A DNA stretch of 34,590 nucleotides from an uncultured Dehalococcoidales bacterium (lineage in GTDB: Bacteria > Chloroflexota > Dehalococcoidia > Dehalococcoidales > UBA2162), in the NCBI GenBank assembly GCA_964543495.1, contig CAZIYN010000002.1:621-35210 (forward strand). The letters run 5' to 3'. Position 1 is the stretch's first letter; the number at the start of each line of letters is the position of its first letter. Of this stretch, positions 8,778-16,214 are shown piece by piece. The position numbers and the translations under genes were made by a program. The notes under the pieces are model-generated. The model worked only from the letters and a program-made list of their open reading frames with translations. It searched no databases and was not told the DNA's origin.

Positions 8778-8801
8778 ACTACACCATCATGCAAGAGAAC
8801 C
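8778..8801 (-). repeat. IS right terminal inverted repeat
   Basis: The reverse complement reads GGTTCTCTTGCATGATGGTGTAGT and pairs with 7085-7108. Confidence 0.8.
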
Positions 8802-8809
8802 GTTGTCGC
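8802..8809. repeat. Right copy of 8-bp target-site duplication GTTGTCGC
   Basis: It is identical to 7077-7084 and directly abuts the right inverted repeat. Confidence 0.85.
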
Positions 8810-8810
8810 A

Positions 8811-8839
8811 TTGACTTTGACAGCGACATAGCGTATAAT
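8811..8839 (+). promoter_or_regulatory. Candidate sigma70-type promoter of the Na/Pi cotransporter-PhoU pair
   Basis: TTGACT (8811-8816), a 17-nt spacer, then a perfect TATAAT (8834-8839), 50 nt upstream of the GTG start at 8889. Confidence 0.5.
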
Positions 8840-8888
8840 ATATTCTGGATGGTAAGTTGGAAATACGTTATATTTATAGAGGGTTTAG

Positions 8889-10025
8889 GTGTTTAAAGCG
8901 CCTAAGCCCTCCACTCTTTTAAAGATTATTTTAGTTCTTGTTTTACTTTATTTTTTCCTTCTTGGTATAAAATTCACGGGCACTTCGTTCAAGCTGTTCG
9001 GTAAAGACTTCGCCGAACAGCTTATTACTATATATGCCAACCCGTTCGCCGGTCTGTTCACCGGCATACTTGTCACCAGCATAATACAGAGTTCTTCCAC
9101 CACCACATCTCTTATCGTCGGTCTTGCCAGCACCGGACTACTTCCCATAGAGTCGGCGATTCCTATGCTGATGGGCGCCAATATGGGCACAACCATAACC
9201 AACACTCTTGTAGCATTAACTTTTATTACCAGGAAAGAAGACTTCAGGCGGGCTTTCTCCGCCGCCACAATGCACGATTTCTTCAACCTGTTTGCTATCA
9301 TCGTGTTTTTCCCGCTGGAGATGTTTTTCCATATCATAGAGAAATCCGCCCTCTTCCTGACAGATATCTTCCAGGGATTGGGGGGCGTTACCTTCGTAAG
9401 CCCGTTGAAACTTACAATCGACCCTGTGGTAAAAGGGTTCCAGCACTTTCTCACCGATACGATAGGAATTCACGATATAGCAGTAGGCATAATAATGATT
9501 ATCATCGCGATAGCATTAGTTGTAACTGCCTTAATTTACCTGGTGAAGGTTATGCGGTCGCTGGTAATAGAACAAACTGAACAATTTATCGACAAATATA
9601 TATTCAGAAATGTATTTACGGCACTTATACTGGGAATGCTGTTGACCGCGGTGGTCCAGAGCAGTTCGGTAACGACATCGATGGTCGTCCCTCTTGTCGC
9701 CGCCGGGTTCCTCGGACTAAACCGGGCATACCCGTTTACACTCGGTGCAAATATCGGGACCACGGTTACTGCTATCCTGGCTTCACTGGCTACACTGAGT
9801 GCTGAAACAGGCGCTCCGACAAATACGATAGGACTTACAGTGGCTCTGTGCCACCTGCTGTTTAACATTTACGGCACGATTATTTTCCTGCCGCTGCGAA
9901 AACTGCCTATCAGTGTGGCAATCTGGATAGGAAACGTGGCGGGAGAGTCCAAGAAATGGGCATTCATATTTATAGTTATGGTATTTTTCCTGATACCATT
10001 GTTAATACTGTTCCTGACAAGGTAG
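8889..10025 (+). CDS. Na+/phosphate cotransporter family protein (NptA-type)
   Basis: It is a polytopic membrane protein with the duplicated signature QSSSTTTSLIVGLASTG...GANMGTTITN and QSSSVTTSMVVPLVAAG...GANIGTTVTA. It has a GTG start with an AGAGGG SD. Confidence 0.85.
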   Translation: MFKAPKPSTLLKIILVLVLLYFFLLGIKFTGTSFKLFGKDFAEQLITIYANPFAGLFTGILVTSIIQSSSTTTSLIVGLASTGLLPIESAIPMLMGANMGTTITNTLVALTFITRKEDFRRAFSAATMHDFFNLFAIIVFFPLEMFFHIIEKSALFLTDIFQGLGGVTFVSPLKLTIDPVVKGFQHFLTDTIGIHDIAVGIIMIIIAIALVVTALIYLVKVMRSLVIEQTEQFIDKYIFRNVFTALILGMLLTAVVQSSSVTTSMVVPLVAAGFLGLNRAYPFTLGANIGTTVTAILASLATLSAETGAPTNTIGLTVALCHLLFNIYGTIIFLPLRKLPISVAIWIGNVAGESKKWAFIFIVMVFFLIPLLILFLTR

Positions 10026-10061
10026 AATGTATTCAAGGAGCTTAAGCGAGGTGAAGTACGC

Positions 10062-10733
10062 ATGGCAAGCGAAATAATAAATATGCTGCGGGGTTCCACT
10101 CTTATAAAAAGAGCTCTGGACGAATTCGTTACCATGATTGGTAACTGTGAATATCTGTACAACGAGGCATGGAGAGTCTTGAGCACTCAGGAAAAAATCG
10201 AGAAGATACCTCAAAACTTCTATGACAGGGATATTGAAGTCAATCACCAGGAAAAAGAAATACGCCGGCTTCTCTTCGAGCATTTATCCATACGACCGAA
10301 ACACGATATATCCGGTTCACTGGCACTGATGAGCCTGGTAAAGGATGCCGAAAGAATCGGAGATTACTCAAAAAATATTTTCGAGGCCGGCATTCTCTAT
10401 AAGGGTACTGTAAAAGGAATAAAATTCTTCAACAGAATCGAGACTACCCAGAAAAACATAGCCGCTAATTTCCCTATGCTGAAAGAAGCCTTTAAAAAAT
10501 CGGATGAAAAGCTGGCAAAGCAAATACTGAATAACTATCCCACGATAAAACGAGAATGCGATAAAATACTGTACGCACTGTTCGATGAAGAGCTGTCACC
10601 AAAGGAAGCCGTGGTAACGGCAATGCTGTCCAGGTATTTCAAGCGGATAAACTCGCACGTTAGCAATATCGCCTCCGGTATCGTTTACCCTCTGAACGAG
10701 ATAGACTTCGTTACCGGCGATATTCTCGAATAG
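10062..10733 (+). CDS. PhoU-domain phosphate-regulation protein
   Basis: It has two PhoU-like helical repeats (VKDAERIGDYSKNIFE and SRYFKRINSHVSNIASG), a GAGGTGA SD, and sits next to the Na/Pi transporter. Confidence 0.75.
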   Translation: MASEIINMLRGSTLIKRALDEFVTMIGNCEYLYNEAWRVLSTQEKIEKIPQNFYDRDIEVNHQEKEIRRLLFEHLSIRPKHDISGSLALMSLVKDAERIGDYSKNIFEAGILYKGTVKGIKFFNRIETTQKNIAANFPMLKEAFKKSDEKLAKQILNNYPTIKRECDKILYALFDEELSPKEAVVTAMLSRYFKRINSHVSNIASGIVYPLNEIDFVTGDILE

Positions 10734-10758
10734 AACCGCGGAGCAGCTCGACAAAACA

Positions 10759-11013
10759 CTACCCGCCGCTTATGTGAGGAATAATGGATACCGCATCATC
10801 GGGCTTCAGCAATCTTTCCGGGTGGGCTTTCACGTGGTTCACGGTAACTATCGAAGTTGCCCCGTCCAGTTCCAGGGCAGGGTAGCTGTTATTTAATATC
10901 CCGATAAGGTCGCCCACGGTCGTTGTCCCGGATACTTCGACTGCTAAAATATCTTCTCCTGTAATCTGGCGATGTACTCCGAGGAAATGTACAGATACGG
11001 TATTATTTACCAT
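10759..11013 (-). CDS. MoaD/ThiS-family ubiquitin-like sulfur-carrier protein
   Basis: It is 84 aa and ends in the diagnostic ...IIPHISGG-stop (C-terminal Gly-Gly). It lies immediately downstream of the AOR gene. Confidence 0.75.
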   Translation of the reverse strand: MVNNTVSVHFLGVHRQITGEDILAVEVSGTTTVGDLIGILNNSYPALELDGATSIVTVNHVKAHPERLLKPDDAVSIIPHISGG

Positions 11014-11049
11014 CGATTATAGTTTCCAGTTCAAGACGATAGCCGCCTG

Positions 11050-13209
11050 TTACTGTCCGTATTCCTCCAGTAGTCCGGACGCTTTTTCGTCCAGAAGTGC
11101 TAATCTTTTTACCGTTTCCCGCCTGGGGACTCCGTCTTTTGTAAATCCCTTTTTCTCATAAACTATATCGCATAGTTTCTCGTAGTCCGCAATCCGCTTC
11201 TCTACCAGCATTTTATGTCTTACTTCCGGCTCCGAAGGTATTTTATCCGCGCCAAGCTGCTCCTCCAGCAGTCCACCATAGTATTCCGCCCGCGAATCAT
11301 ACTCGTCCCGGTAGACCGGAGCCATTGCCCTCAGCGGAATCCGGTCGTTTTCGCGGGTGCCTTTACCCTGGCGAAGGTTAATCAGCTTCTGAAGCAGGTA
11401 CAATCTTTCGGAGTCGGTCAGCATATCCTCCAGCGAATGATTGTTTCCCGTGGTCCCGTTGAAGAAGTCCACGTAGTATTCCAGGGTAGGGAAGTTCTTC
11501 GAAGGCTCGGCTGTTTCCGCCGCCAGCGGATTCCTGACATCTATCCAGTGCAGCTTGCAGAGCCCGGTAGCGTTGAACCAGGTACGAATAAGCGGGAACC
11601 ATTTAAGTGCATCCGCTTTGTCCTTCAGAGTCGGCAGCTCTTTATTTACCTGGTCGATAAAAATCAGCCATGTTTCGTCGTGCTGGGGACCTTTCAGGGC
11701 AAATCCGTAACCTCCCTGCTGGGCAAGCGACTCCTTTGTAATATAGAGCGAGAATTCGAGCCCTTTCAGTTCCATGCCGAATTTATTTAACTCGGTGAGT
11801 ACCTCTTCCTTTGAAACGCCGTTTCTTGAGGAGTATTTTTCAATGACCCACTGCTTTCCCCTGGCCACACCCTGCCCGACTATTTTACCGAAACCCCTGG
11901 CACCGGCGATATCGTCAAGCAGTTTACTGACCGTTCCGGCGTTACCGAAAGACAGGTCGCAGCCTGTGTCTTCAGCGGTTATATACCCGCGCTCGAAACA
12001 CTCCATAAAAAAGCTGATTGTCACGCCGGTTGAGATTGTATCCAGACCGTATTCATCACAGTACCAGTTGTATTCAAGGACGAAATAGGGGTCGAATATC
12101 CCCATGGAGGTAATTGCTCCGATTGTTTCGTACTCGGGACCGTCGACATTTACGGTGCGTCCCTCGTACGGGCCCCAGGTCAGCTTGATATTCTCGGCAC
12201 TCTTGGCGCAGGCAAGATTACAGCCGTAATAGCATCCATCCGGAATGTTCTTTGCCAGGTACTTCTCCAGGAAGACTCCGGCGAAGATGTTAGGAGCTTC
12301 ATCACCCTGCCCGAAGCGATAATTTTTTATCGGCAGAAGGTGATATTTATTCATATATTCCGCCAGAATCGTTGTCCCCCAGGCAGCGAGGTGGAGTTGC
12401 TTGGGGTCGGCTTCGCTGATTACGTTTCTGAGTTTAGAACCGGCCTGCCGTACCTTTTGTTTATCCACCGATTTATTCCCGTCAGCTTTGGAAAGACTCG
12501 AACGAACGACTATTCCGCGGAGTTTCTTCGTCCTCATCACGGTACCAGTGCCGCCTCTGCCGGCCTGCTTGGCACGGAGGCGCTTCCGCTTGGTATCGTA
12601 AAATATACTGTTAACAATCCCGAACCTTGTGTTCAGGGCTCCCACACCTGCAGTTACCGCCGCCATCGTATCCGTATATTCTCCACCGCCGATATCTTTA
12701 AGTAGATTATCACCGTATGAAAGCGAACCGTTGTCTGTTTCATCTCCGTAGACCGGAGATTTCATCAAGCCTATTGTGCCTGCATTCGCATCAATGCTAA
12801 CAATCACATCTTCTCCGGCGATACCTGAAACAGCAAGAGCATCGAAACCCGCCAGCTTCAATAGCGGTCCGAAATGACCGCCGACGTTAGAATCGATAAA
12901 AGTATCCGTCAGCGGAGATATTGTACCGACGATAAATTTGCTCGTTCCCGGGAATCCCGGTTCATTTCCGAGCGGCCCGCTTGCCATTACCAGTATATTT
13001 TCCGGGCTGTCATAACGCGTATCCTTTGTAGTCCCTTCCCAGATAAACTTAAGAGCGTAACCCCTTCCGCCGATATATTTCTTCTTAAATTCGGGCGGTA
13101 ATTCTTCTACGGAAATTTCCATTTTATCGAGGTCTACCCTGAGAATCCGGTCGGTATAACCACCCGCTACAACTGCAGGAGTGTAACTAACCTTTTCTAA
13201 TAAATCCAT
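11050..13209 (-). CDS. Aldehyde:ferredoxin oxidoreductase family (tungsto/molybdopterin) enzyme, long form (719 aa)
   Basis: The AOR N-domain start is GGYTDRILRVDLDK...YIGGRGYALKFIW. It also has GRGGTGTVMRTKKLRGIVV and VDGPEYETIGAITSMG. The cluster motif is CYYGCNLAC (CX3CX3C). Confidence 0.85.
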   Translation of the reverse strand: MDLLEKVSYTPAVVAGGYTDRILRVDLDKMEISVEELPPEFKKKYIGGRGYALKFIWEGTTKDTRYDSPENILVMASGPLGNEPGFPGTSKFIVGTISPLTDTFIDSNVGGHFGPLLKLAGFDALAVSGIAGEDVIVSIDANAGTIGLMKSPVYGDETDNGSLSYGDNLLKDIGGGEYTDTMAAVTAGVGALNTRFGIVNSIFYDTKRKRLRAKQAGRGGTGTVMRTKKLRGIVVRSSLSKADGNKSVDKQKVRQAGSKLRNVISEADPKQLHLAAWGTTILAEYMNKYHLLPIKNYRFGQGDEAPNIFAGVFLEKYLAKNIPDGCYYGCNLACAKSAENIKLTWGPYEGRTVNVDGPEYETIGAITSMGIFDPYFVLEYNWYCDEYGLDTISTGVTISFFMECFERGYITAEDTGCDLSFGNAGTVSKLLDDIAGARGFGKIVGQGVARGKQWVIEKYSSRNGVSKEEVLTELNKFGMELKGLEFSLYITKESLAQQGGYGFALKGPQHDETWLIFIDQVNKELPTLKDKADALKWFPLIRTWFNATGLCKLHWIDVRNPLAAETAEPSKNFPTLEYYVDFFNGTTGNNHSLEDMLTDSERLYLLQKLINLRQGKGTRENDRIPLRAMAPVYRDEYDSRAEYYGGLLEEQLGADKIPSEPEVRHKMLVEKRIADYEKLCDIVYEKKGFTKDGVPRRETVKRLALLDEKASGLLEEYGQ

Positions 13210-13246
13210 TCACTATATCTCCAATCGAATTTGTGCACAATATTCA

Positions 13247-13274
13247 ATTCTATCATAAATTTCAGCCTGAGCAA
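13247..13274 (-). promoter_or_regulatory. Candidate promoter of the long AOR gene
   Basis: On the minus strand: TTGCTC (13274-13269), a 16-nt spacer, then TAGAAT (13252-13247), about 40 nt upstream of the ATG at 13209. Confidence 0.3.
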
Positions 13275-13326
13275 TACCTTTGACGCAGGAATCGTTTTAC
13301 TACAGTCTATTTACCCGGCAAACCGG

Positions 13327-13352
13327 AGACCGGAGAGATGAAAATCCGGTCT
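13327..13352. promoter_or_regulatory. Perfect 8-bp inverted repeat AGACCGGA-N10-TCCGGTCT in a divergent intergenic region (candidate operator or hairpin)
   Basis: Read directly from the sequence. It is embedded in a run of CCGG-containing repeats between 13315 and 13400. Confidence 0.35.
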
Positions 13353-13443
13353 GTTAATCCGGTAATATCTTATTATTTTATCTAACGATACGAAAACCGG
13401 ACACTGTTGGTTTCTTTTAGCTTTTTAATATATAATTTATGAG

Positions 13444-13983
13444 GTGGAAAAAGGAAAGAAACTGATAACCGACTACTCTTTTGAACTGGTCGAAGACCAT
13501 CATAACCCCGGCAGCGGGCGTTACGGAGTCCGGGTAAACATTCCTTTCGATATTGGAATTGCATTCCCATATCTCAACGCAATTCTCGAAGATTCAATTT
13601 ACGACCATGAAAACAAGATTTTAATCGGTATGGGCAACGGTAAGCGTTATGCCTTCAGGTCACACGAGATAGACCTCGGAATGGCCGCCGACCCTCAGAA
13701 AGCGTCTGAAATGGCAAAGGACGCAATAGAATTCGTAAACGGAGTCTGGGCAGACCGCGATAATATCACTCCCAGCTTTAAAGAGCGTAAGAAACCGCCC
13801 GCTTTCGAAATCTATAAAATGCTCCCCGGCAATAACTGCAAGGAATGCGGATACGCCACCTGCCTTGCCTTCGCCGCAGACCTCCGGGCAGGAACGGTGG
13901 CCCTCGATAAATGCACCATGCTGCTTAAATCCGAATATTCGGATACCCGGGAAAAGATAATAGCGCTATTTTCATCCGACTAA
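13444..13983 (+). CDS. Small Fe-S protein with a CFeSP/RnfB-type N-terminal-like [4Fe-4S] motif at its C-terminus
   Basis: CKECGYATCLAFAADLRAGTVALDKC gives the CX2CX4CX16C spacing known from the corrinoid Fe-S protein large subunit and RnfB. It has a GTG start with no SD, 7 nt after a TATAAT (13431-13436). Confidence 0.6.
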   Translation: MEKGKKLITDYSFELVEDHHNPGSGRYGVRVNIPFDIGIAFPYLNAILEDSIYDHENKILIGMGNGKRYAFRSHEIDLGMAADPQKASEMAKDAIEFVNGVWADRDNITPSFKERKKPPAFEIYKMLPGNNCKECGYATCLAFAADLRAGTVALDKCTMLLKSEYSDTREKIIALFSSD

Positions 13984-14098
13984 CGGCAATAAAAGCCGAT
14001 ACCGACCAGCCTTACTTAACTTTATTTTTTCAGTTAGAATACTACGTCATCCTTGCAATATTTGCTACACTTTATCCGATAGTATCGGTTTCAACGCA

Positions 14099-14127
14099 TT
14101 GACTCTGAAGGATACATATATTATCAT
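14099..14127 (+). promoter_or_regulatory. Candidate sigma70-type promoter of glpX
   Basis: TTGACT (14099-14104), a 17-nt spacer, then TATCAT (14122-14127). The palindrome CCGATAGTATCGG (14076-14088) sits just upstream. Confidence 0.35.
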
Positions 14128-14179
14128 AGCGGTGACACAGGTTCACTATTGTTCCGAGTTCTTCGTTCATTACCCGCCT

Positions 14180-15184
14180 ATGGAAGAAATGGAATTACAA
14201 ACGCCGATAGAACGCAACATTGCCATGGAACTGGTCCGGGTAACAGAAGCAGCATCTATGGCCGCCGCGCGCTACCTTGGTAGAGGCGATAAGAATATCG
14301 TTGACGGCGCCGCAGTAGGAGCGATGAGATACGTCCTCGGCTACGTAAAAATGGACGGAATCGTGGTTATAGGCGAGGGCGAAAAAGACGAAGCCCCGAT
14401 GCTGTATATAGGTGAACGCATCGGCGATGGTTCGGAGCTAAAGGTAGATATAGCCGTCGACCCGATAGACGGGACAACACCAGTAGCCAGAGGTCTCCCG
14501 GGAGCTATCTCTACGGTGGCACTTTCAAAAAGGGGCACCATGCACTGTCCCTGGCATTTTGTCTATATGAATAAAATAGCCACCGGGCCAGAAGCCATGG
14601 GAATGATAGATATCAACGCACCGGTCGCCGAAAACCTGAAAAACATCGCCAGGGCAAAGAATAAAAGGATATCGGAGATTACGGTGGTCGTCCTGGACAG
14701 GCCCCGCCACGACCAGTTGTTGACCGATATAAGGAACGCCGGTGCCCGCGTAAAACTGATATCGGATGGTGATATAGCCGCCAGCATTGAAGCCGCCTTG
14801 CCTGATAGAGAAGTCGATGCCCTGATGGGTATCGGAGGAACCACTGAGGGAGTCCTTTCCGCGGCAGCGTTGCGCTGCATCGGCGGCGATATTCAGTGCA
14901 AAGCCTGGCCACGTGACGACAACGAAATAAAGGCGGCTCAACAAGACGGGGTCGATATCAATAGAACGTACCGTATAGATGACATGATAGACTGCGACGA
15001 TGTGTTTTTCGCCGCCACGGGAGTTAGCAGCGGCGACCTGTTAAAAGGAGTCCGTTATTTCAGCGGAGGAGCTTATACGCAGTCGATTGCGATGCGCTGC
15101 AAGTCCGGCACCGTCCGCTGGATTGACGCCTACCATAACTCGGAAAGACTCGATAAGCTCAGCTTTTTCAGACCGGAGAAATAG
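14180..15184 (+). CDS. glpX: Class II fructose-1,6-bisphosphatase
   Basis: It is collinear with GlpX: ELVRVTEAASMAAARYLGRGDKN..DGAAV.AMR...GIVVIGEGEKDEAPMLYIGE...VDIAVDPIDGTT...GIGGTTEGV. I place the start at ATG 14180 rather than TTG 14099, because the upstream 81 nt look like a promoter and do not match the GlpX N-terminus. Confidence 0.9.
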   Translation: MEEMELQTPIERNIAMELVRVTEAASMAAARYLGRGDKNIVDGAAVGAMRYVLGYVKMDGIVVIGEGEKDEAPMLYIGERIGDGSELKVDIAVDPIDGTTPVARGLPGAISTVALSKRGTMHCPWHFVYMNKIATGPEAMGMIDINAPVAENLKNIARAKNKRISEITVVVLDRPRHDQLLTDIRNAGARVKLISDGDIAASIEAALPDREVDALMGIGGTTEGVLSAAALRCIGGDIQCKAWPRDDNEIKAAQQDGVDINRTYRIDDMIDCDDVFFAATGVSSGDLLKGVRYFSGGAYTQSIAMRCKSGTVRWIDAYHNSERLDKLSFFRPEK

Positions 15185-15213
15185 ACTGCGCGTATAAGTA
15201 TATAAACACCCGG

Positions 15214-15243
15214 GCGGTGGTAAATACCACCGCTTTAATATTT
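15214..15243 (+). terminator. Rho-independent terminator candidate after glpX
   Basis: GCGGTGG-TAAATA-CCACCGC (7-bp GC-rich stem, 6-nt loop) followed by TTTAATATTT. Confidence 0.5.
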
Positions 15244-15289
15244 ACTGAAACATATACTTTTTTTCAACCATTAACCGGTTTTAGATTCC

Positions 15290-15318
15290 TTGCTGAAAAT
15301 GCGTTAATTTGTTAATAT
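15290..15318 (+). promoter_or_regulatory. Candidate promoter of the hydrolase genes
   Basis: TTGCTG (15290-15295), a 17-nt spacer, then TAATAT (15313-15318), about 40 nt upstream of the ATG at 15361. Confidence 0.35.
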
Positions 15319-15360
15319 ATGGCATTCAAAACCGCAGTATAGAAAGCGGGGAATCCATAT

Positions 15361-16152
15361 ATGAAACATAATGAGAGCAGTTTTAAAGGGTACAAGGATT
15401 TCAATATCTATTACCAGCGCTGGCTGCCGGAAGACGCTATAAAAGCGGTATTGATGGTGGCACATGGTTACGCCGAACACAGCGGTAGATATATGAACCT
15501 AGTGAATTACTTCGTCCCCAGAGGTTACGCCGTATACGCACTCGACCACCGCGGACACGGCAGGTCTGACGGTAAAATCGATGAAGTCGGTGAATTCGCC
15601 AATTTCGTGACCGACCTGAAGACGTTTTTCGATTTAATCCGTGAGGAACATCCGGACAAGAAAATTTTCCTTATAGGACACAGCATGGGTTCGGTAATCA
15701 GCCTTCTTTATACTCTTGAATACCAGCATGAACTGGCAGGACTGGCTACCTCCGGCGGAGGTATAGCCAAACCCGGCGACCCGCCGATGCCGCCGAGACC
15801 GGCCAATCAGCCACTCGACTCTTCACGGCTCAGCCGTGACCCCGAAGTAATTAAAGCCTATGACAATGACCCGCTGGTATACAGAGGTCCCATACCGCAG
15901 ACTATGTCAGCCGGAATGTCCGGCAGGACACGCCAGCTTGCCGAGGACGTGAAGAAGATAAAACTGCCGGTGATTATAATGGCGGGAGACGGCGGAGCCG
16001 ACGGAGCCCGCAGCCAGGTACTTTACGATTATATCGGCTCGGAGGATAAGACACTCAAACGCTACACCGAATTGAGACACGAGATATTCAATGAGCCGGA
16101 ACACCTGACGGTTATGGCAGACCTTGAAACATTCCTGGAAGCCCACCCGTAA
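15361..16152 (+). CDS. Alpha/beta hydrolase (lysophospholipase / monoacylglycerol-lipase-like)
   Basis: It has HGYAEHSGRY...LDHRGHGRSDG, the nucleophile elbow GHSMGS, and a C-terminal ...RHEIFNEPE with the catalytic His context. Confidence 0.8.
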   Translation: MKHNESSFKGYKDFNIYYQRWLPEDAIKAVLMVAHGYAEHSGRYMNLVNYFVPRGYAVYALDHRGHGRSDGKIDEVGEFANFVTDLKTFFDLIREEHPDKKIFLIGHSMGSVISLLYTLEYQHELAGLATSGGGIAKPGDPPMPPRPANQPLDSSRLSRDPEVIKAYDNDPLVYRGPIPQTMSAGMSGRTRQLAEDVKKIKLPVIIMAGDGGADGARSQVLYDYIGSEDKTLKRYTELRHEIFNEPEHLTVMADLETFLEAHP

Positions 16153-16214
16153 TCCGTCATTTACACGCCATTTTATAAAATAACCCGACCTTACAGGATA
16201 GTCAGGAGTCATTA

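Larger units (their letters stand above)
7085..8801 (-). mobile_element. IS6-family insertion sequence (1717 bp) with transposase plus one passenger ORF
   Basis: The terminal inverted repeats are GGTTCTCTTGCAT... (7085-7108 vs the reverse complement of 8778-8801; first 13/13 identical, 20/24 overall). The GGTTCT start is typical of IS6-family ends. The element is flanked by an 8-bp direct repeat, the TSD length expected for IS6. The interior is visibly more AT-rich than the flanks. Confidence 0.85.

Noticed and set aside
13210-13443. A possible Moco/Tuco riboswitch in the 234-nt region upstream of the long AOR gene.
   Set aside because: I could not recognise the conserved Moco-motif core by eye. 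A plausible promoter (13247-13274) would leave a leader of only about 30-40 nt. A covariance-model scan (Rfam Moco_RNA_motif) on the minus strand would be decisive.
14099-14179. The ORF-track N-terminal extension of glpX starting at TTG 14099.
   Set aside because: The extension (MTLKDTYIIIAVTQVHYCSEFFVHYPP) does not match the GlpX N-terminus. The TTG itself is the first half of a TTGACT-17-TATCAT promoter-like element.
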